Shown here piece by piece: positions 26,601 to 64,000 of a stretch of 64,000 nt of DNA. The number at the start of each line of letters is the position of its first letter. Positions within the stretch are counted from its first letter, which is position 1. The DNA comes from Chrysomallon squamiferum. Lineage: Eukaryota > Animalia > Mollusca. The notes beneath the pieces are model-generated. The model had not been told where the DNA came from. It did no database searches and was given only the letters and a program-made list of their open reading frames with translations. A program made the translations under genes and the position numbers. The stretch spans positions 31,682,001-31,746,000 of the forward strand of contig CM022665.1 of assembly GCA_012295275.1 (NCBI GenBank), in the 5' to 3' direction.

Positions 26601-29600
26601 CTGAAATACAGTAGATTATGCTTTGATTTTAAAATCATATTTAATAATTTATATTAAACTGGACCATACTATTGTGTATATTGTAGTTGGTCCAAAATAT
26701 TGTGTTAATAAATAATAGTGTCTGTTTTTCAGCATATCCTGCCACTTTCTGTCACAGATACTGGATGAGGAGGGTGTGTTGGACTGGATGCTGGTTAGAA
26801 TCCCTGGTGTTCAAGTACAACTCATTCAGTCCTGGTTCAGGTGTGTCATGATAATTCCTGCATCATTCCAAGAGTTGCAGAACATCACAAAGTGAGTAAC
26901 CTTTCATTACCCCTTCATAATCCTCTTTATGTAAAATAACTTTAACTAATGCAACATTTGAAAAATTCCATTTAGCTATTAGGGCTTATTTTCTTACAAT
27001 TTTGCTTGTGCTGTTTAATAATACCAACAATTTAATCAATATTTTTCTATACAGTTAACAGTTATTTGTGTATGGTTAATACATTTTGTATAGTAGAGAC
27101 TGTTGGTACAAATATTTATTGTTATTTCATGTCTGAACCAGTTTGAATATTATTATGAGATGGTTCTTTTTATGAATGTCTCCTTCAAATCAGCTTTAAT
27201 GATGTAAAATGACTTAAGAAGCAATTATTAAGTGAGATATTACCTCATGTTTTCTTTTATTAACTATACACAAATAACAATATGGAAAAAATTGATTAAA
27301 CTGTTGGTGTTTGTTAAACAGCATTTCTTTGTATTTTTATTTTGTAAATGTTTATAAAGATGTGAGCAATAGGAAACCTACAAAAACCAAGAAAATATAA
27401 TTACATTTTATATTTAAACAGTGTAAAAATCTGTTTTTCTTTTTAGAATTGTCATGAAACTTCCAGATATAAAGGAAATATTTTCATCAGCAAGCATCAG
27501 TCCTTCAGAAGAAGTGGAACCAATCCCAAAAATATTTCTTAAAATGTTGGGAAAGGTTTATTTTAAATGTGAGGTTGGTGAAATTTGAAAGTATTATCAT
27601 CATTATCATCATCATCATTAATTTTGTTTTAAAACATTTTTTTTCTTTTTTTTCTAATTTATATTGTGTAAACATTTATTTGCTTAGAAAAAGAAAGTTA
27701 GCTGAATTGGTTGTTAAAAAATGCATGATAAATTTTAAATAAGAGAAAATAAACATTCATAAAAACCCAAAATGAGGATTTTTATTAGTTTTATTTTTTT
27801 ATTGTTTTTTATTTTAGTTTGGGTTTTTTTTTTTTTTTTTAAATTAAAATGCATACATTAGACACAAGACCATTTAGTACAAAATTAACATTTAATCATT
27901 TATATTGTTTCTTTCCCATTTGTAGAATTTCAGAGAAAAGATGATTTTGAGAGACAAAGTGATGAATTACTTTATGAACGTTCCAAGACAGGTAACACCA
28001 GTTCTGAGAGTTATGGGCCCTACAGAAATTATTACAACCATGTACACCACTGTTGGACAGCTCATAAAATACTGTGCACCCATGTTGTATGTTCAAGTAA
28101 GCAGAATTAAAAAAATCTGATGCAATATGATTCATAACTAATTTTTGGTTTTCTTTAGTTCAGCAATATTTTCAAAAATGTTTTAATAATAATAATTTTA
28201 GATTATGTTTCTTTGATAAACATATTTAAACATTTTATTTATTATTAATATTATTTTTAATTATTATTTAAACTTTACTTCCTTTTTTCTTTTCTTTTTT
28301 CTTTTTTCATTATTACAATTGTATTTTTTCAACATATTTTTATTTAAGGGGACACACTAGGCTAAAAAAAAGACAAAATTTGAATAAACAAAATTGTTTT
28401 TTAGTTTTTGACATGACTCTTTAGAAAATGTACATTAAAAAAATTTACTTTTACAGATAAATGTTTCAGGTTTTTTTGCAAAAGGAAGTGCATATACAGA
28501 CATTGCATACTAGATACATAGCATCACACATTAGCCATAATAAGTTCAAATATGATTTTTAAAACTTCATTTGTTTTTGTTTTTTTAATCCTCAAGAGTT
28601 TTTTGGTACTCTCCTAACATTTTTGAAAAGATACTGTATGAAAACTATTTGTTTCCTAGTTTGGAATATATACATTTAAAAACAAACACTACAAAAGGAG
28701 GAACTGTTCTTATTTATTCTTTTCATATAACCTTTATACAACTTTCTGTTCTTTCAAAATACAAATGAAAAATGTATTACTTTTTTTTTAAATTACTTCT
28801 TTTGAAGTATGTAAACAAACACTAATTTCTTTCTGGTATTTTGTAGAAACATGTCAATGATGAACCCCAGCAATTTGAATGACCTGTATGTAACAGTTTG
28901 GAGTGGTTTATGAAATGGGATACTATAATATTTTTAAAAAGCCAAAAATAAAAATAACCATTTGTCATAATAAAATAAAAAAGTACTAGGTTTTTATTTT
29001 TTCATGGTAATGAAAGAGGATTGTTTCCATCAAGTTTCAATTCTTGAAAATAAAAAATAATGATTTTTGACACACATGTCCCAGTAAGTTGTTGGAACTT
29101 TCAAACAAAGATGGGGGAAAAGCATTATAAATTGCTGGAAGGTTGAAGTATTTTTTTTTATATTTTTCTATATTGTTTGAACAAAGAATTTCCTCTGAAC
29201 TATTTGTAGAACATTTTTAAATTTATTTATTTAATGGATAGTTTGTTTAATTTTTTTTTTTTCCTCTTTATTTATTTTCAATTCTTTATTTTTCTGCTTT
29301 GTCTGACCAAATGTTATTTTAAGCTATCATAAAATGAATTAAGTTTAAGAAAATGCAGCTACAAACAAAATATTTTGTGTTTTTTCAGTCAAAAACTAAC
29401 TGCCCTCTGCCTGTTATTCTTGAAGCCATGATTGTTCCTCACTTTCTCTTCAATACCAACAAACTTGTCAGTCCAGTATTTCTGGGAGCAGTCAAAGAGT
29501 CACTCCACCTGGTAATATCAATCACATGTTTAGAAATATTTAGCAGTTTGTTTCTTGATACATTCTTTTTTTAGTTATCCAAATTTTGCTTTTTCTTTTA

Positions 29601-29991
29601 TAAACATTCATTCTTTTGTTTTTATAGAGGAGACGAAATATGCATCTGTTACTGATAAATATATATGCATTTTTTTTTTTTTTACAAATGTTGCTAGATT
29701 GTAGATAAAATCTCAAAATAATCAAGTGGGAGAATGGTCAGGTTGGGAGAATAATAAGGAACTTTAAATATTTAAAAATGACAAATAATAAAACACAATA
29801 TAAGAAATATAGACCACACAAAAACAAAAGAAAATACGAGGCTGTTGTACTGAGGACTGACCTTCTTAAAATATTCAGTATATATATATATATATATAGT
29901 TACACCTGTAATTACTTTGTTCAACTGTAGAAATAAAAGTTCATTTGAACAAATATTTTTTTACATCGACAAAAATTATGTGCTGTATTTT

Positions 29992-30023
<32 letters not shown>

Positions 30024-33000
30024 GAATCAATGTACAGTTCATGCACGGATTCTCCAGACTTGATTACCGCAGAGATCCTTACTTGCAGAGAAGACTGAAA
30101 GATATTATTTCCATTTATCTGACCAAATTTTCTTTAGTAAGTCAGTAATTTTATTTTTTTTATTATTATTTTTTTTTTTTTTGCTTTTTATTTTTTATAT
30201 TTAGGGATTTTTTTTTTTTTTTTTGGTGGTCTTGGAGTATTAAATTTTAAAAATGTAAAACAAATTACATTTAGATTATATTTAAATTTCTTTATATTTT
30301 CATAATTTTGTATTATTTATTACTTACTCTTTTTCATTTTTTTTTCAGAAGTCACAAGGTTCATCCTCTACAACTGTAGTGCATCCACTTGTGGTAAGGA
30401 ATAATATTCTTTCTTTCTCCTTTTTTGATTTCACTTCTTTTTTCTTTTTTTCTCTCACAGTTCAAAGATGGTTTTAAATTCATGATTCTACCATTATCAG
30501 GAATTATATATAGACAAATAAATAATTTATAAAAAATGTATTACTGAATATCATTTATTGCATGGTTTCATTATTATAATATTTAAGAAGGTTGAAATCA
30601 TTTCTAGATTCAAACTCAAAAAGAATGTTGATAAAATAAAATTAAAATAAGCTTATTAATGAGCCTAGAACTGATTAAATACCTAATTTTTATTTATATG
30701 ACAAAGAGATTTTTTAATAATCTTTCAGTTATAATTTATTATTATTATAATATATATATATATTTTTTTTTAATCAGCTATTTGGTAGTATTGTTATGTT
30801 ACATAAGTTTGACAAATTATAAATAAAAATATGTTAATGATAAAAGTTCCATGACAAATGTGTGGAGAGTAATTTTCAGAACATTGTTTTAGTAATCACT
30901 TTCTAAACTATATAGTGTGTGTTTATTTATTTATTTATTTATTTATCTATTTATTTATAAAACAGAGTTCACTGAATGAATCCTTTTTTAAAAGTCCTAG
31001 CAGTGAATCAGTCAGTTTTCGTCAGTATGTCTTAGAATTAGTTCATTGTGAGTATCTTCAGCTGAAGAATCTGACAGTCCCTCAGTCAGCCAGTGTGGTA
31101 TGTTACATTTTGTTATTTGCACTTGAATCTGAAATACCTTAAATATACATTTAAATATTACACAAACACATCTATCTATCTATCTGTATGGATACATAGC
31201 TATAGATACAAGATTTCTTTTAATCAAACAAACCCATTAAATAAAGTTCCATATAAAATATTTGACCAAGGTGACTGAAAATCTATTTATTAAATACTCC
31301 CTAAGATAATAATTGTTTGCCTTTTTATTTCAGTATTTGTATCAAAATCATCTAAAATGTATTGGTCAGTCTGATTAATGGTATTACTGTTTTGTTTGAA
31401 GATTTTGGTTTTTATTTACTGGGTTATTTCCGTTTGAACGTTTTATTCTTATTGCAAAACGATTTGAAGATGTGTTTTTGCAGTGCTGCTTTTTATACAA
31501 GTATTATTTCAACTTCTCACCTTTTAATTATTTTGTGTAATTGATCATCTAGTCATTTAAATTTTATCTTTATAAATTAAGTGAACTGATTTTAGTATTA
31601 AATATGTGCATTAAGTTAAAGCCAAAACTTTAGTGATACTCTCAATTTATTTATTTATTTATTTCAGGGTCTTGCTTATGTAACTGAAGTTCTTCAGAGG
31701 ACCAATAGTGGTGAGCTGATAGCAAGGTAAATTATTATTTAATTTCTCGTAACTGAAGTAATAAAATAAACAACCAAAACATGGATGCTTTAACCTGTTA
31801 CAAATGCTCAGTGCATATCAGCATTTTGTGCTTTAATACTTTAACTTGCCACAAAAGGCTGATTTTTCAAATACTTAAAAGAAACAAGTCTACATCTGTG
31901 AATAAACTAATTAAAATAACAGTAGTAATTGATTTTAAAAATAAAACCTCCCACACCTAGAGAAATAATAAATAAATAATTAAATAAAGATGTGTCCCCC
32001 AAGGATCAAAGAGAAAAATGTCAAATGCTGTTGCAAACAGAAAACAGTTGATTGACAATCATAAGAAGTAGCACAATAAAGCATTGTTATACAGCTGTTC
32101 TTACTGCTGTGGGGAAAACAAGTCCAGTGAGAACTTGTAATAAAATTTTGTTATGTTAGTTGTTCTGTTTGATGCTAACTGTAATAATCACCAAAGAAAA
32201 ATATCTATAAAATTGAAAATTTTCCTTGATCTGAAAGCCAACTCAGACATGTCATGTTTACTCCTAAAACATACAGTGATAAAGCTTTGACTAAAGAAGA
32301 CAATGTTTCAAACAGAATCAGAGATGGTATGAACACTTTGTTTATCAAAACAATTTGACTGACAGAAATCGCATACTTTAAATAATGACCAATATGGTTT
32401 ACTTAACATTATTTATTTTTATTTTTACTTTTTAGATTAATTATGCCAAACCTTAATCAAATTATATTAATTTTTAGAGATATCCACACACTGCTAAGAA
32501 CTATGTTGGAGTATGTTCTGCTAGCAGGATCATCAGCAATGAAAAAACATGCTGTTCACATTATGCAGTATCTGGTGGAAGCCTGCAAGAAGCATCCAAA
32601 TATAGTGTCTCTGTATGTCATCTTTTATATAGTAAACATATGTGTTCTATTTCAGTGATAATGTAGAATTTATTTAGCTGGTTACTTAAAATACTGAATG
32701 ATCAATTTTATTATTATAATTATTATTTCTCTCCTGTTTTTGGTTTCACATTCTCAGACATCTTTATTTATTTAGTAGTAGTAGTAATACTAATAGTACT
32801 AGTTGTTGTAATTGTATTAATTTTAGTGGTAATAGTAGTGAAATAGCAGTAATTGCAGCAGTTGCAGTGGCATTTTAAATATTTTAATTAGCTGGCTACA
32901 TGTATCTATTTACCATCCTCACTGGATGGATAATCCTTTAATCAAGGGACAGTTTTCATAGTGTACATTTGATTAGGCATCACCATTTACAACCTTCAGC

Positions 33001-33852
33001 ATAAGTTAGAAAATCCATTAATTATAGTATAACAAGTTGTGATCGAATAAAATTATGTGTACTGTATTAGTAGTACCTATTTTCTTTTATTCTTTTTGTT
33101 AATTTTTTTTTATTATTATTTATTTAATTTTTTATAAAAACAGACCAGAACTTAGTTCAGTAGTAAAGAACTTCCTCACATTGTCTTTCAACATTCAGTA
33201 CGAAGGTGTTCTGAAGATCATGGAAAAACTTTCTTTGATCTACCAGGACTTGGTCATTAATCTTATCTCCGACATGACACAGGCTGTCCATAGTTTAGAG
33301 AACAAGAGAGGATCTGGCATTGACAAACGACTCAGGTGTGATTTTAGTTAGATATATAATTAGTAAACCACATGTACTTAGACACTTTGTTTCCAGTTCT
33401 GCTGGTTCAATTTTACTGAAGAAAAAAAAGCACTTAGGGTGCTTTTTGGTATATTTTTCCATTTTTATTGTTAGACCGAGAAACAAATATGATGGTGTCA
33501 AATTTAATTAAATAATCTTAATTTAATTATGTAATAAAATAATATCTCATTGATACATTAAGTGTTTTTTCAAGAACAGCTGTAAAATGTTCTGCTTTTG
33601 TAAGATATATATACAAGGATACTTTTAAGATGTATATTAAGTATTCTTACTTTTCATAAGAAATTAGAAATATTTAAATTTCAGTTCAGGTTAAAGTTTT
33701 ATTTTTTATTTTATTTTATTTTTTATTTTTTCAGAAATTGTTATTTCTCTGTTCTTCAGCAACTTGGTGAACAGGGATTGAGAGAAATATCAAAATTGAA
33801 AGAAATGGAAAATATGGACATGGAACTAGACTTCACTTCTGAAAACTCATAA
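8684..33852 (+). CDS. MMS22L: Protein MMS22-like (TONSL partner in replication-fork repair and RAD51 loading), complete, about 1236 aa
   Basis: 34 phase-consistent exons totalling 3711 nt: 8684-8813, 9571-9685, 10251-10373, 10543-10592, 11043-11118, 13108-13234, 13698-13791, 14141-14268, 14807-14920, 15897-15975, 17838-17962, 18283-18342, 19155-19274, 19699-19751, 20364-20423, 20923-21030, 21538-21649, 22002-22174, 22640-22773, 24244-24334, 24894-24973, 25590-25710, 26195-26272, 26733-26891, 27447-27573, 27926-28096, 29389-29511, 30038-30136, 30349-30393, 30966-31097, 31668-31726, 32478-32612, 33144-33335, 33735-33852. Motifs matching recalled MMS22L: SITPPLSP, ELFGYQFVTQLAL, FPCSCVAEL, WRQIKGRFFSKFHQRRMQELTESGLQNF, IQSWFRC, ENKRGSG. 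Confidence 0.95.
13305..13500 (+). mobile_element. Degraded tRNA-derived SINE (Meta-domain-like core)
   Basis: gctatttcttgttgcagcc...tgggatagtgcatataaaagatcctttgctg; the same core recurs at about 15120 (minus), 18440, 34150 and 40370 (minus). Confidence 0.65.
15060..15545. mobile_element. SINE fragments (inverted core at 15120-15180, degraded copy to about 15545) with a 50-bp direct repeat
   Basis: Reverse complement of 15122-15180 reads ttcctgtctgtgggaatgtgaatataaaagattcc; gatgcagg.ctgagatatgatgg.ttata.ttttatattt.ccaatctcag occurs at about 15063 and 15219. Confidence 0.6.
18375..18560 (+). mobile_element. Degraded SINE copy
   Basis: ggctatttcc...ggtcatggtat...gtgtatgtaaaagatccctt matches the core at 13460-13490. 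Confidence 0.5.
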
Positions 33853-35396
33853 AAAGGATTATGTTCATGTAAGACTGACACATCCTGTACTTTTGTATAT
33901 TTTGAAATGGTTAAAATCAAGCAATACATTATTTTAAAACTCATTAATTCAGGTGGTGAATATCTGTAAAATATTTTTAATCTACATGATTTTGTTGTCC
34001 TTACTTATACTTTATAATAGCAAGACAACAATCAGTTATAAGTGCTAAAAATAGTTTTAAAGGTAAAATTAAGCAATGTTCATTTATTAACTGATAAATA
34101 TTCTATCTTCACCTGTGTCCCCATTCATCTGAGTCTGCTGACTATGAGTAAATGAATATTAAAGATCCCTCCTACTGTCATAAATACCTCTTGAAGAGGT
34201 AGCTTTTTATTTCTTCTCTAGGATTAATACAAGGCTGACCTTACACTAGCCACAAACATGCATTGACATCCTTCACTTCCCTATTTCTTATATTATCAAA
34301 GGAAAAACTTTACATGTGTAATTTACATAAACATACTCAACATACTCAAACTAAGAAAGTAGGTTAAGTTTAAATAGACAAGGAAAAACAATTTTTTATT
34401 TTTTTTAAAATTAAAATAGTTTTATCTACAGAAATAATTAAATCAGTTATATTACCATTTGTGTGTATTATTTTCTTTAAATAGATTTAACCCTGTCAAG
34501 TCATTTCAGAAAACCATATAAATAATAAATTTAAAATAAATAACAACAAATTCATAATTTAAATGCATTTATTTGTTCCTGAGAACATGACACAAGGTTG
34601 TCATGTTGTGATCTGCAGGCCTTGATTAGAATACATGTATAAAGTACTGCAGGAGTCTAGATCCATATTGCACTACTCAGTACATAAGTGAACTAAATTT
34701 ACATCATTATTCTACACTTAAACATTATCCGGTCTTATTTGACCAAATATATAAAGATTTTATGAAATTTACATAAAATCTGTTCTATTAAAAATAAAAA
34801 AAATAAGAAAGAAAATAAATGTATTAATTAGCCCAGCGAAAACAAAGCAGAATTAAAAAAAATACAACTTTTTTTTTGTTCAAACAATGCAGTGAAGAAA
34901 AAAAAAAAAAAAAAAAGGCATATCTAAAATAAATTAATTAAAATAATTTATAGTTATAATGCTGCAATATAGAAGAAATTGTTTTGGTCATTTTTGGTTT
35001 ATCAGCTGCTAATCTTTCAATGAGGTGTATAAATTCATAATTCATGTTAACTTAAAAAGAAAACCAGTTACATACCAGTCTTAATCTGAAATTTCTAAAT
35101 GTAATTCTACTGCAGACAAAATATAAGCTTGTTCTTTTTACTAATCAAGATAAAAAGAAAGGGATCAATGTATTTCTTAAAACCTGCAGTACTTCATGTT
35201 TGTTTTCAAAATGACTTAGTTATATCACATGATTTATCTAGTAACAGTAATTATGCATAAACTGTATTGCATACAAAACAAATAAGTTACATTTATGGTG
35301 ATTATACTGTGACAAAATACTTTTCAAAAAGAATTATCAATAATGTACAAGATAAACTTCTTGCAATTAAGAAGAACAAAAAAAATTCACAATAAT

Positions 35397-35591
35397 AATG
35401 AATTTTATACACCATACAAACCAATTTGGTTTCAGAACTATTCCATTTTTTTACAGTTGCACTTGACAAAAGTAAAGATAAATCTCTTGGAATAAAGAAG
35501 AAGGAAAAATTCACATTAATGAATTTTATACACCTTACAAACCAATTTGGTTTCAGAACAACACCACTTTTTACTCTTGCACTTGACAAAA
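35397..35591. repeat. Two-copy direct repeat with about 121-bp period, in the probable SASH1-like 3' UTR
   Basis: aatgaattttatacacc.tacaaaccaatttggtttcagaac...ttgcacttgacaaaag at about 35397 and 35518. Confidence 0.85.
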
Positions 35592-36611
35592 GAAATATAA
35601 ATTTAAAGCCATTTTATTTTAACCATCCTGTCAAATGTGATGCTGATTAAACATGAAACAGAAATATATTTGTATACCACTGAATGAACTTGTATATATT
35701 TTTAAAAATAGCAAATGCTATTCCAAAAGGCAATGGTACACATAATGAATGAAAATACAAAATTATAAGTAATGTATTTGTGTATTTCCAAGTATGAAAA
35801 TAAAAGAACAGTATTGTAATGCATCAAAATTAATTTTAAATGTCATAATTGGACCTTCAGCAAAATATGTGTGAAATATTGAATGCCACTGACACGAATG
35901 ATAAATGTATATACATAAAACAATCTGATGTCAACCTCAACTTAGAATGCTATATTTATAAACACAAAGAAAAGAAAACTTATATTTAATGATAAAACAA
36001 TTTTTTTAAAAATAAAGGAAATTAAAACAAAAATAAAGTTTAAAAAAGAATACAATAAACACTTATTTTAAAATGTAGTTTTTATCTAATTATCAAGTAT
36101 CAAACAGTAAAATTAAATGTGTATAGATGTGTACATGTGTCAGAGTACACAAATGTTTAAAAATGTGGACTCGTATTTTAAAAAAATATCTAATACAGCC
36201 ACCAAATAACCATGAAACAAATAAACTAAGTTTACTAATCATTAATAGTCATTTGTCAATATCAATTCTCAGAAGTATGAACAAAACCTACACTTCAGAT
36301 AGAACAAGCCATTAATATTCAATCATATTTTTCTGTTCAGTAATCATTACAATCCCAGTCCTCTTGCATTCTAACAAATAATCTGTATGTGATGAACATG
36401 GTGCAGTTCAATGCACAATTTTAATTCCTAGTAAATTTTACTAAAATGTTAAAAGAAAATGTCAGTAGATTTTCTTGTCTAACAGTCATAATCTGGGATA
36501 GAAATGTTTGCTTTTTTGTAACTAAAATATTATATATTAAGTGCTTCTATTAATTTTTACAAATCTGTCATCGAGGAACACATCATTCACTGTGGAAATG
36601 AAAGTGATAAT

Positions 36612-60437
<23,826 letters not shown>

Positions 60438-63153
60438 CTGAAAAAGAAAATGTAATATATATTTACTTATAATATCAACTGTAAAAAGAAACACTCAAGA
60501 CTCTTTTGGAACTGCTGTTTACTAAAAGAATTACTAAATAATGATTACTATATGGAAAGTTACAAGTTTAATATTGCTGTTTGAACTGTTTGGTTTTTTT
60601 CATAGACCATTTGATTATTTATTATTTTCTACTGTACACAACATTAAAAATATACCAGTTCATACAATGTATTAAACTTTGGATATTTTAGAAACCTCAG
60701 TCATCTAATTAAAGAACCAAATAAAATTAATCCACTTAATATTTTATGTCACTTTCCTAAAAATGTATTTAGTTTTACAATTTAATAGTAGATTTATTAC
60801 TTTTTATCTAGTTCTTTTATAATAATTCATTATATTCATAATTAATCTTTACATTACATTATAATATTAATATCATAAATATTTATATTTTATGTTATAC
60901 ACTTCTTGATAAAGACAACTGATGCTGAAAACAATAAACTGCTTTAATTTTAACTAAACTAGACAAGTATAGGCACAACATAATATTGATTTGAACAAGT
61001 TTGATAAACATTCTGTAAAGAAGAAAAAAATCAATCTTCTATAGGTGGTACTTGTCACGTTTTAATAACAATCAGCCATTAAGATGCTTGTTTATATTTT
61101 TTTCTCTACAAACATGAAACTACAATAGATGTATTTGTCTACACAATTATCTTTATGCAAGTGGCAATGAAAGAATTTAAATATATTTACATTCACTGGA
61201 ACATCTTATTAAAGACATTCTTAAAACAGTTTCAGGAAATGAATCGATCAATCTTCACAGAAATAGATTTTTCTTTCTTTCCAATTTTTGTTTTATGATG
61301 CAAACAAAACAAAGGTTATAGTTTTGAAATACAAGTTTATTTTATAAATTGTTCAAAAAGGTTATAGGTTAGGTATTTAATAATAGTCAAATAATTATTT
61401 TATACTAATATTACAAAATTATGAATGTGAGTATTTTAATTTGAAAGTAGATGTTGATGATGCTTGAATCATAAATAAATAAGCAAAACATGTCCTTTAA
61501 TAACAAATTTCTAGATTTACAATATTGTTTGTTTTTGTTAGTTTATTTTCACATTTGCAACTGAAACAATTTCATTTTCACAGGATTTAACTGAAATGTT
61601 AAGTTTCTATTTTAATTATTTTTAAAGGTGTTTTTTGGGGGGGTGTTGTTGTTTTAAATATAACTTGAAAATCTGTCTTGCTTAGCTCATGTGATGCACT
61701 ATTGGTTTTAACCCCAAAAATTAAAAAGTGACAGAAAAAAACAACTAATGGAACCCCTAAAAATGCACTGCAATTGAAATGACACTGGCAAGGAGTCAAG
61801 AGGATAGTAATTGAAGTTCTTTATGATTAAAATCCCACAATACATCAAACTTTAACAAGAACATGAAAGAACAAAATAAAATAATAATTTGGACAGATTA
61901 ACAAGGATGACTCAACACTGGTCAGTTTATCTGAATGACCAGCTAGTAAGGGAATGTAAACAGATGTCATCTTGAAATGGAATTTTGTTCTGCACACACT
62001 AATCCCAGATCGTTGGTTCCATGATCTCAGTGGAATAATGACACATGGAACAATTTAAACAATTGCATGCTAGACAAAGGCCTGCCAGGGAATTATCATT
62101 CTCTGCTTTCTCAAAGAACACTGAAAGGCTTCAGTAGCTAGGCAGACTGCAATCATTGGAGGGATTGTCTCAAGAAATACAGAGAACACTGACTGAAGAA
62201 AATTAATTAATTCTCAGTTTAAAAATCAAAACTACAAATGAATAAATGGATGTATAAATAAATATTACATGCAATCACACAATATTTTAGAGTTAATATT
62301 AATTATTCTTGCTGAACAACTAAATCAGATTAACTCAAATAAATAATATAAACAGAAGAAAAACTGAAGAAAAAAATTATTTTCTTTTTGTTTACTTTTT
62401 TTTCCCTCCCTAATGTAAATTCTGACAAGACTGAAGATATTTTGCCTGAGGCAATTTAAGCAGTGAAACAGAAGATTGATAGCATCGTGTCTTGTTTTTC
62501 ATAATACAGCATGATACTAAAGCACCTGATCAAATAGCAGTTTAACTCAATGAACATCTGTCTTAAATTGAAATAATGTTATATAGGAACATCTGAAGCA
62601 CTGTTATATTTATGTTCATTTTCCCATTTTAATATATTTAGAGGAAAAAAATAAAAATAAAAAACTTATAATGAATGAACAAGTGTTAATATAGCAACTG
62701 CTTAAAAACACTGTTTATAATTTGTTCTTGTTTTATTTTGTTTGTTTTTTTATATATTTTCATATGTGTCTGTGACAAATTATATAAATAATAATAAACC
62801 CCCAAATTTACCAACACTCAAAAAAAAAAAAAAAAACATTAATAAAAAAAATTAAATTACGTAACACTTTTCTGATGTGTGAACCAAACATGCAAACAAG
62901 CATTTAATTACTTTTATTTCTGCCTTTCTTTAATAATAGATTTGTAACAATAGCTTTCATGTTTAAATCACAATGTGGCAGATTGTGCTAGATTCTTAAC
63001 AAGAAAATGATGTACTGGTGCAGGTGATAATTTTTGGCTTAGGTGCAACAGTGATGCTTATTAACAATGGACTATTCTTCACTAAGATCACAAACTGTTC
63101 TTTGGCCCTGTAATTCAGTTCATTCCTTTGGTCTGTACACACTGTCAAAATAC

Positions 63154-63260
63154 CTGCATCTGGGCAAGACTACACTAGGGAGGAAGAAGGGATGGGAAAA
63201 AAACAAATCCACATGTTTTGCATTTGGATATTTGTCAAGATTCATGGGATATGAGATCAT
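63154..63260 (-). CDS. Candidate first coding exon of the SASH1-like gene
   Basis: ATG at 63260, open frame MISYPMNLDKYPNAKHVDLFFSHPFFLPSVVLPRC, donor CAG|GTATTT in phase 2 matching exon 60437-60394 (would give about 1097 aa). No homology support. Confidence 0.4.
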
Positions 63261-64000
63261 GTGCTAAACTAAATTAAAACACATGAAGTTGTTTATTGCA
63301 TGTAAAGTATCTGGAGTAACTTTAATTGTATTTCATCAGTTAACCTTGGCCATGTGGATTCATGCCAGCTGTGAACCACTGATATATTTATTGTTGTTTG
63401 TTTGATTATCATTAATTGCTTGTTTTTCTTTTTTTATTTATCTACATCTTTTCTTCTTACAGTTAATACACTTTTTATTTTTGTTATTTTCAGTGCAATT
63501 TATCAGTTATCTCAAATATGGTAATTTCAATCTGCTATTTGGAACCAAATATGTATGCAGGATATAGATGAACTAAATATTTACAGGTGTGAGTAATTGT
63601 AAATAGATAAATATGTATTTTATGTTTTCTCACATCTAAAAGAAAAGAAAAGAAAAACATCAAGAATATTGTATTGAGGAAATGCATGCATTCTGAATTC
63701 TGGACAATTCTGGCAAATTGTTATGTCTACACTGATGGAATTGTAGTTTTTATTGATTGAACACAGATCTGGTGTGGAAATTAGCCCATTAGTCTGTGAG
63801 ACAGGCGGAACCAAGTGTCTCCCTCACCAAGTGGCTTGTCAAGCGTGCCACACTGAATTACCACTTCATGTAATAAACCAAGATTTCCAAATACAACCCA
63901 TCTCCTTTTTCCCTTGTGTAACAACTACATCAAGAGAAAAATTATGAATAGTGTACTTGTAGAATACAGTTCAGAAATGTAATATCCCTTCTGTTCCCAA

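Overview
AT-rich, intron-dense animal genomic DNA. The SINE types and gene content suggest a mollusc, probably a gastropod (inference only). The ORF track is mostly noise, so the genes were rebuilt by hand from splice sites and reading-frame phase. Four protein-coding genes are present. (1) The 5' part of a small secreted-protein gene on the minus strand (signal-peptide exon 300-243, running off the window start). (2) A complete 191-aa secreted, highly acidic, Gly-Gly-Asp-repeat, probably GPI-anchored protein on the minus strand (4320-3347); it shares the exon layout of gene 1 and its main exon is absent from the ORF track. (3) A complete MMS22L on the plus strand (34 coding exons, 8684-33852, about 1236 aa, one GC-AG intron, E2F/CCAAT/CHR-like promoter). 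(4) A convergent SASH1-like SH3/SAM scaffold gene on the minus strand (15-16 coding exons, 36612 to at least 60437), with a candidate recursive-splicing exon and an intronic Sola2-type DNA transposon. That transposon spans a 200-N gap flanked by a false duplication. Family assignments come from recalled motifs, not from database searches.
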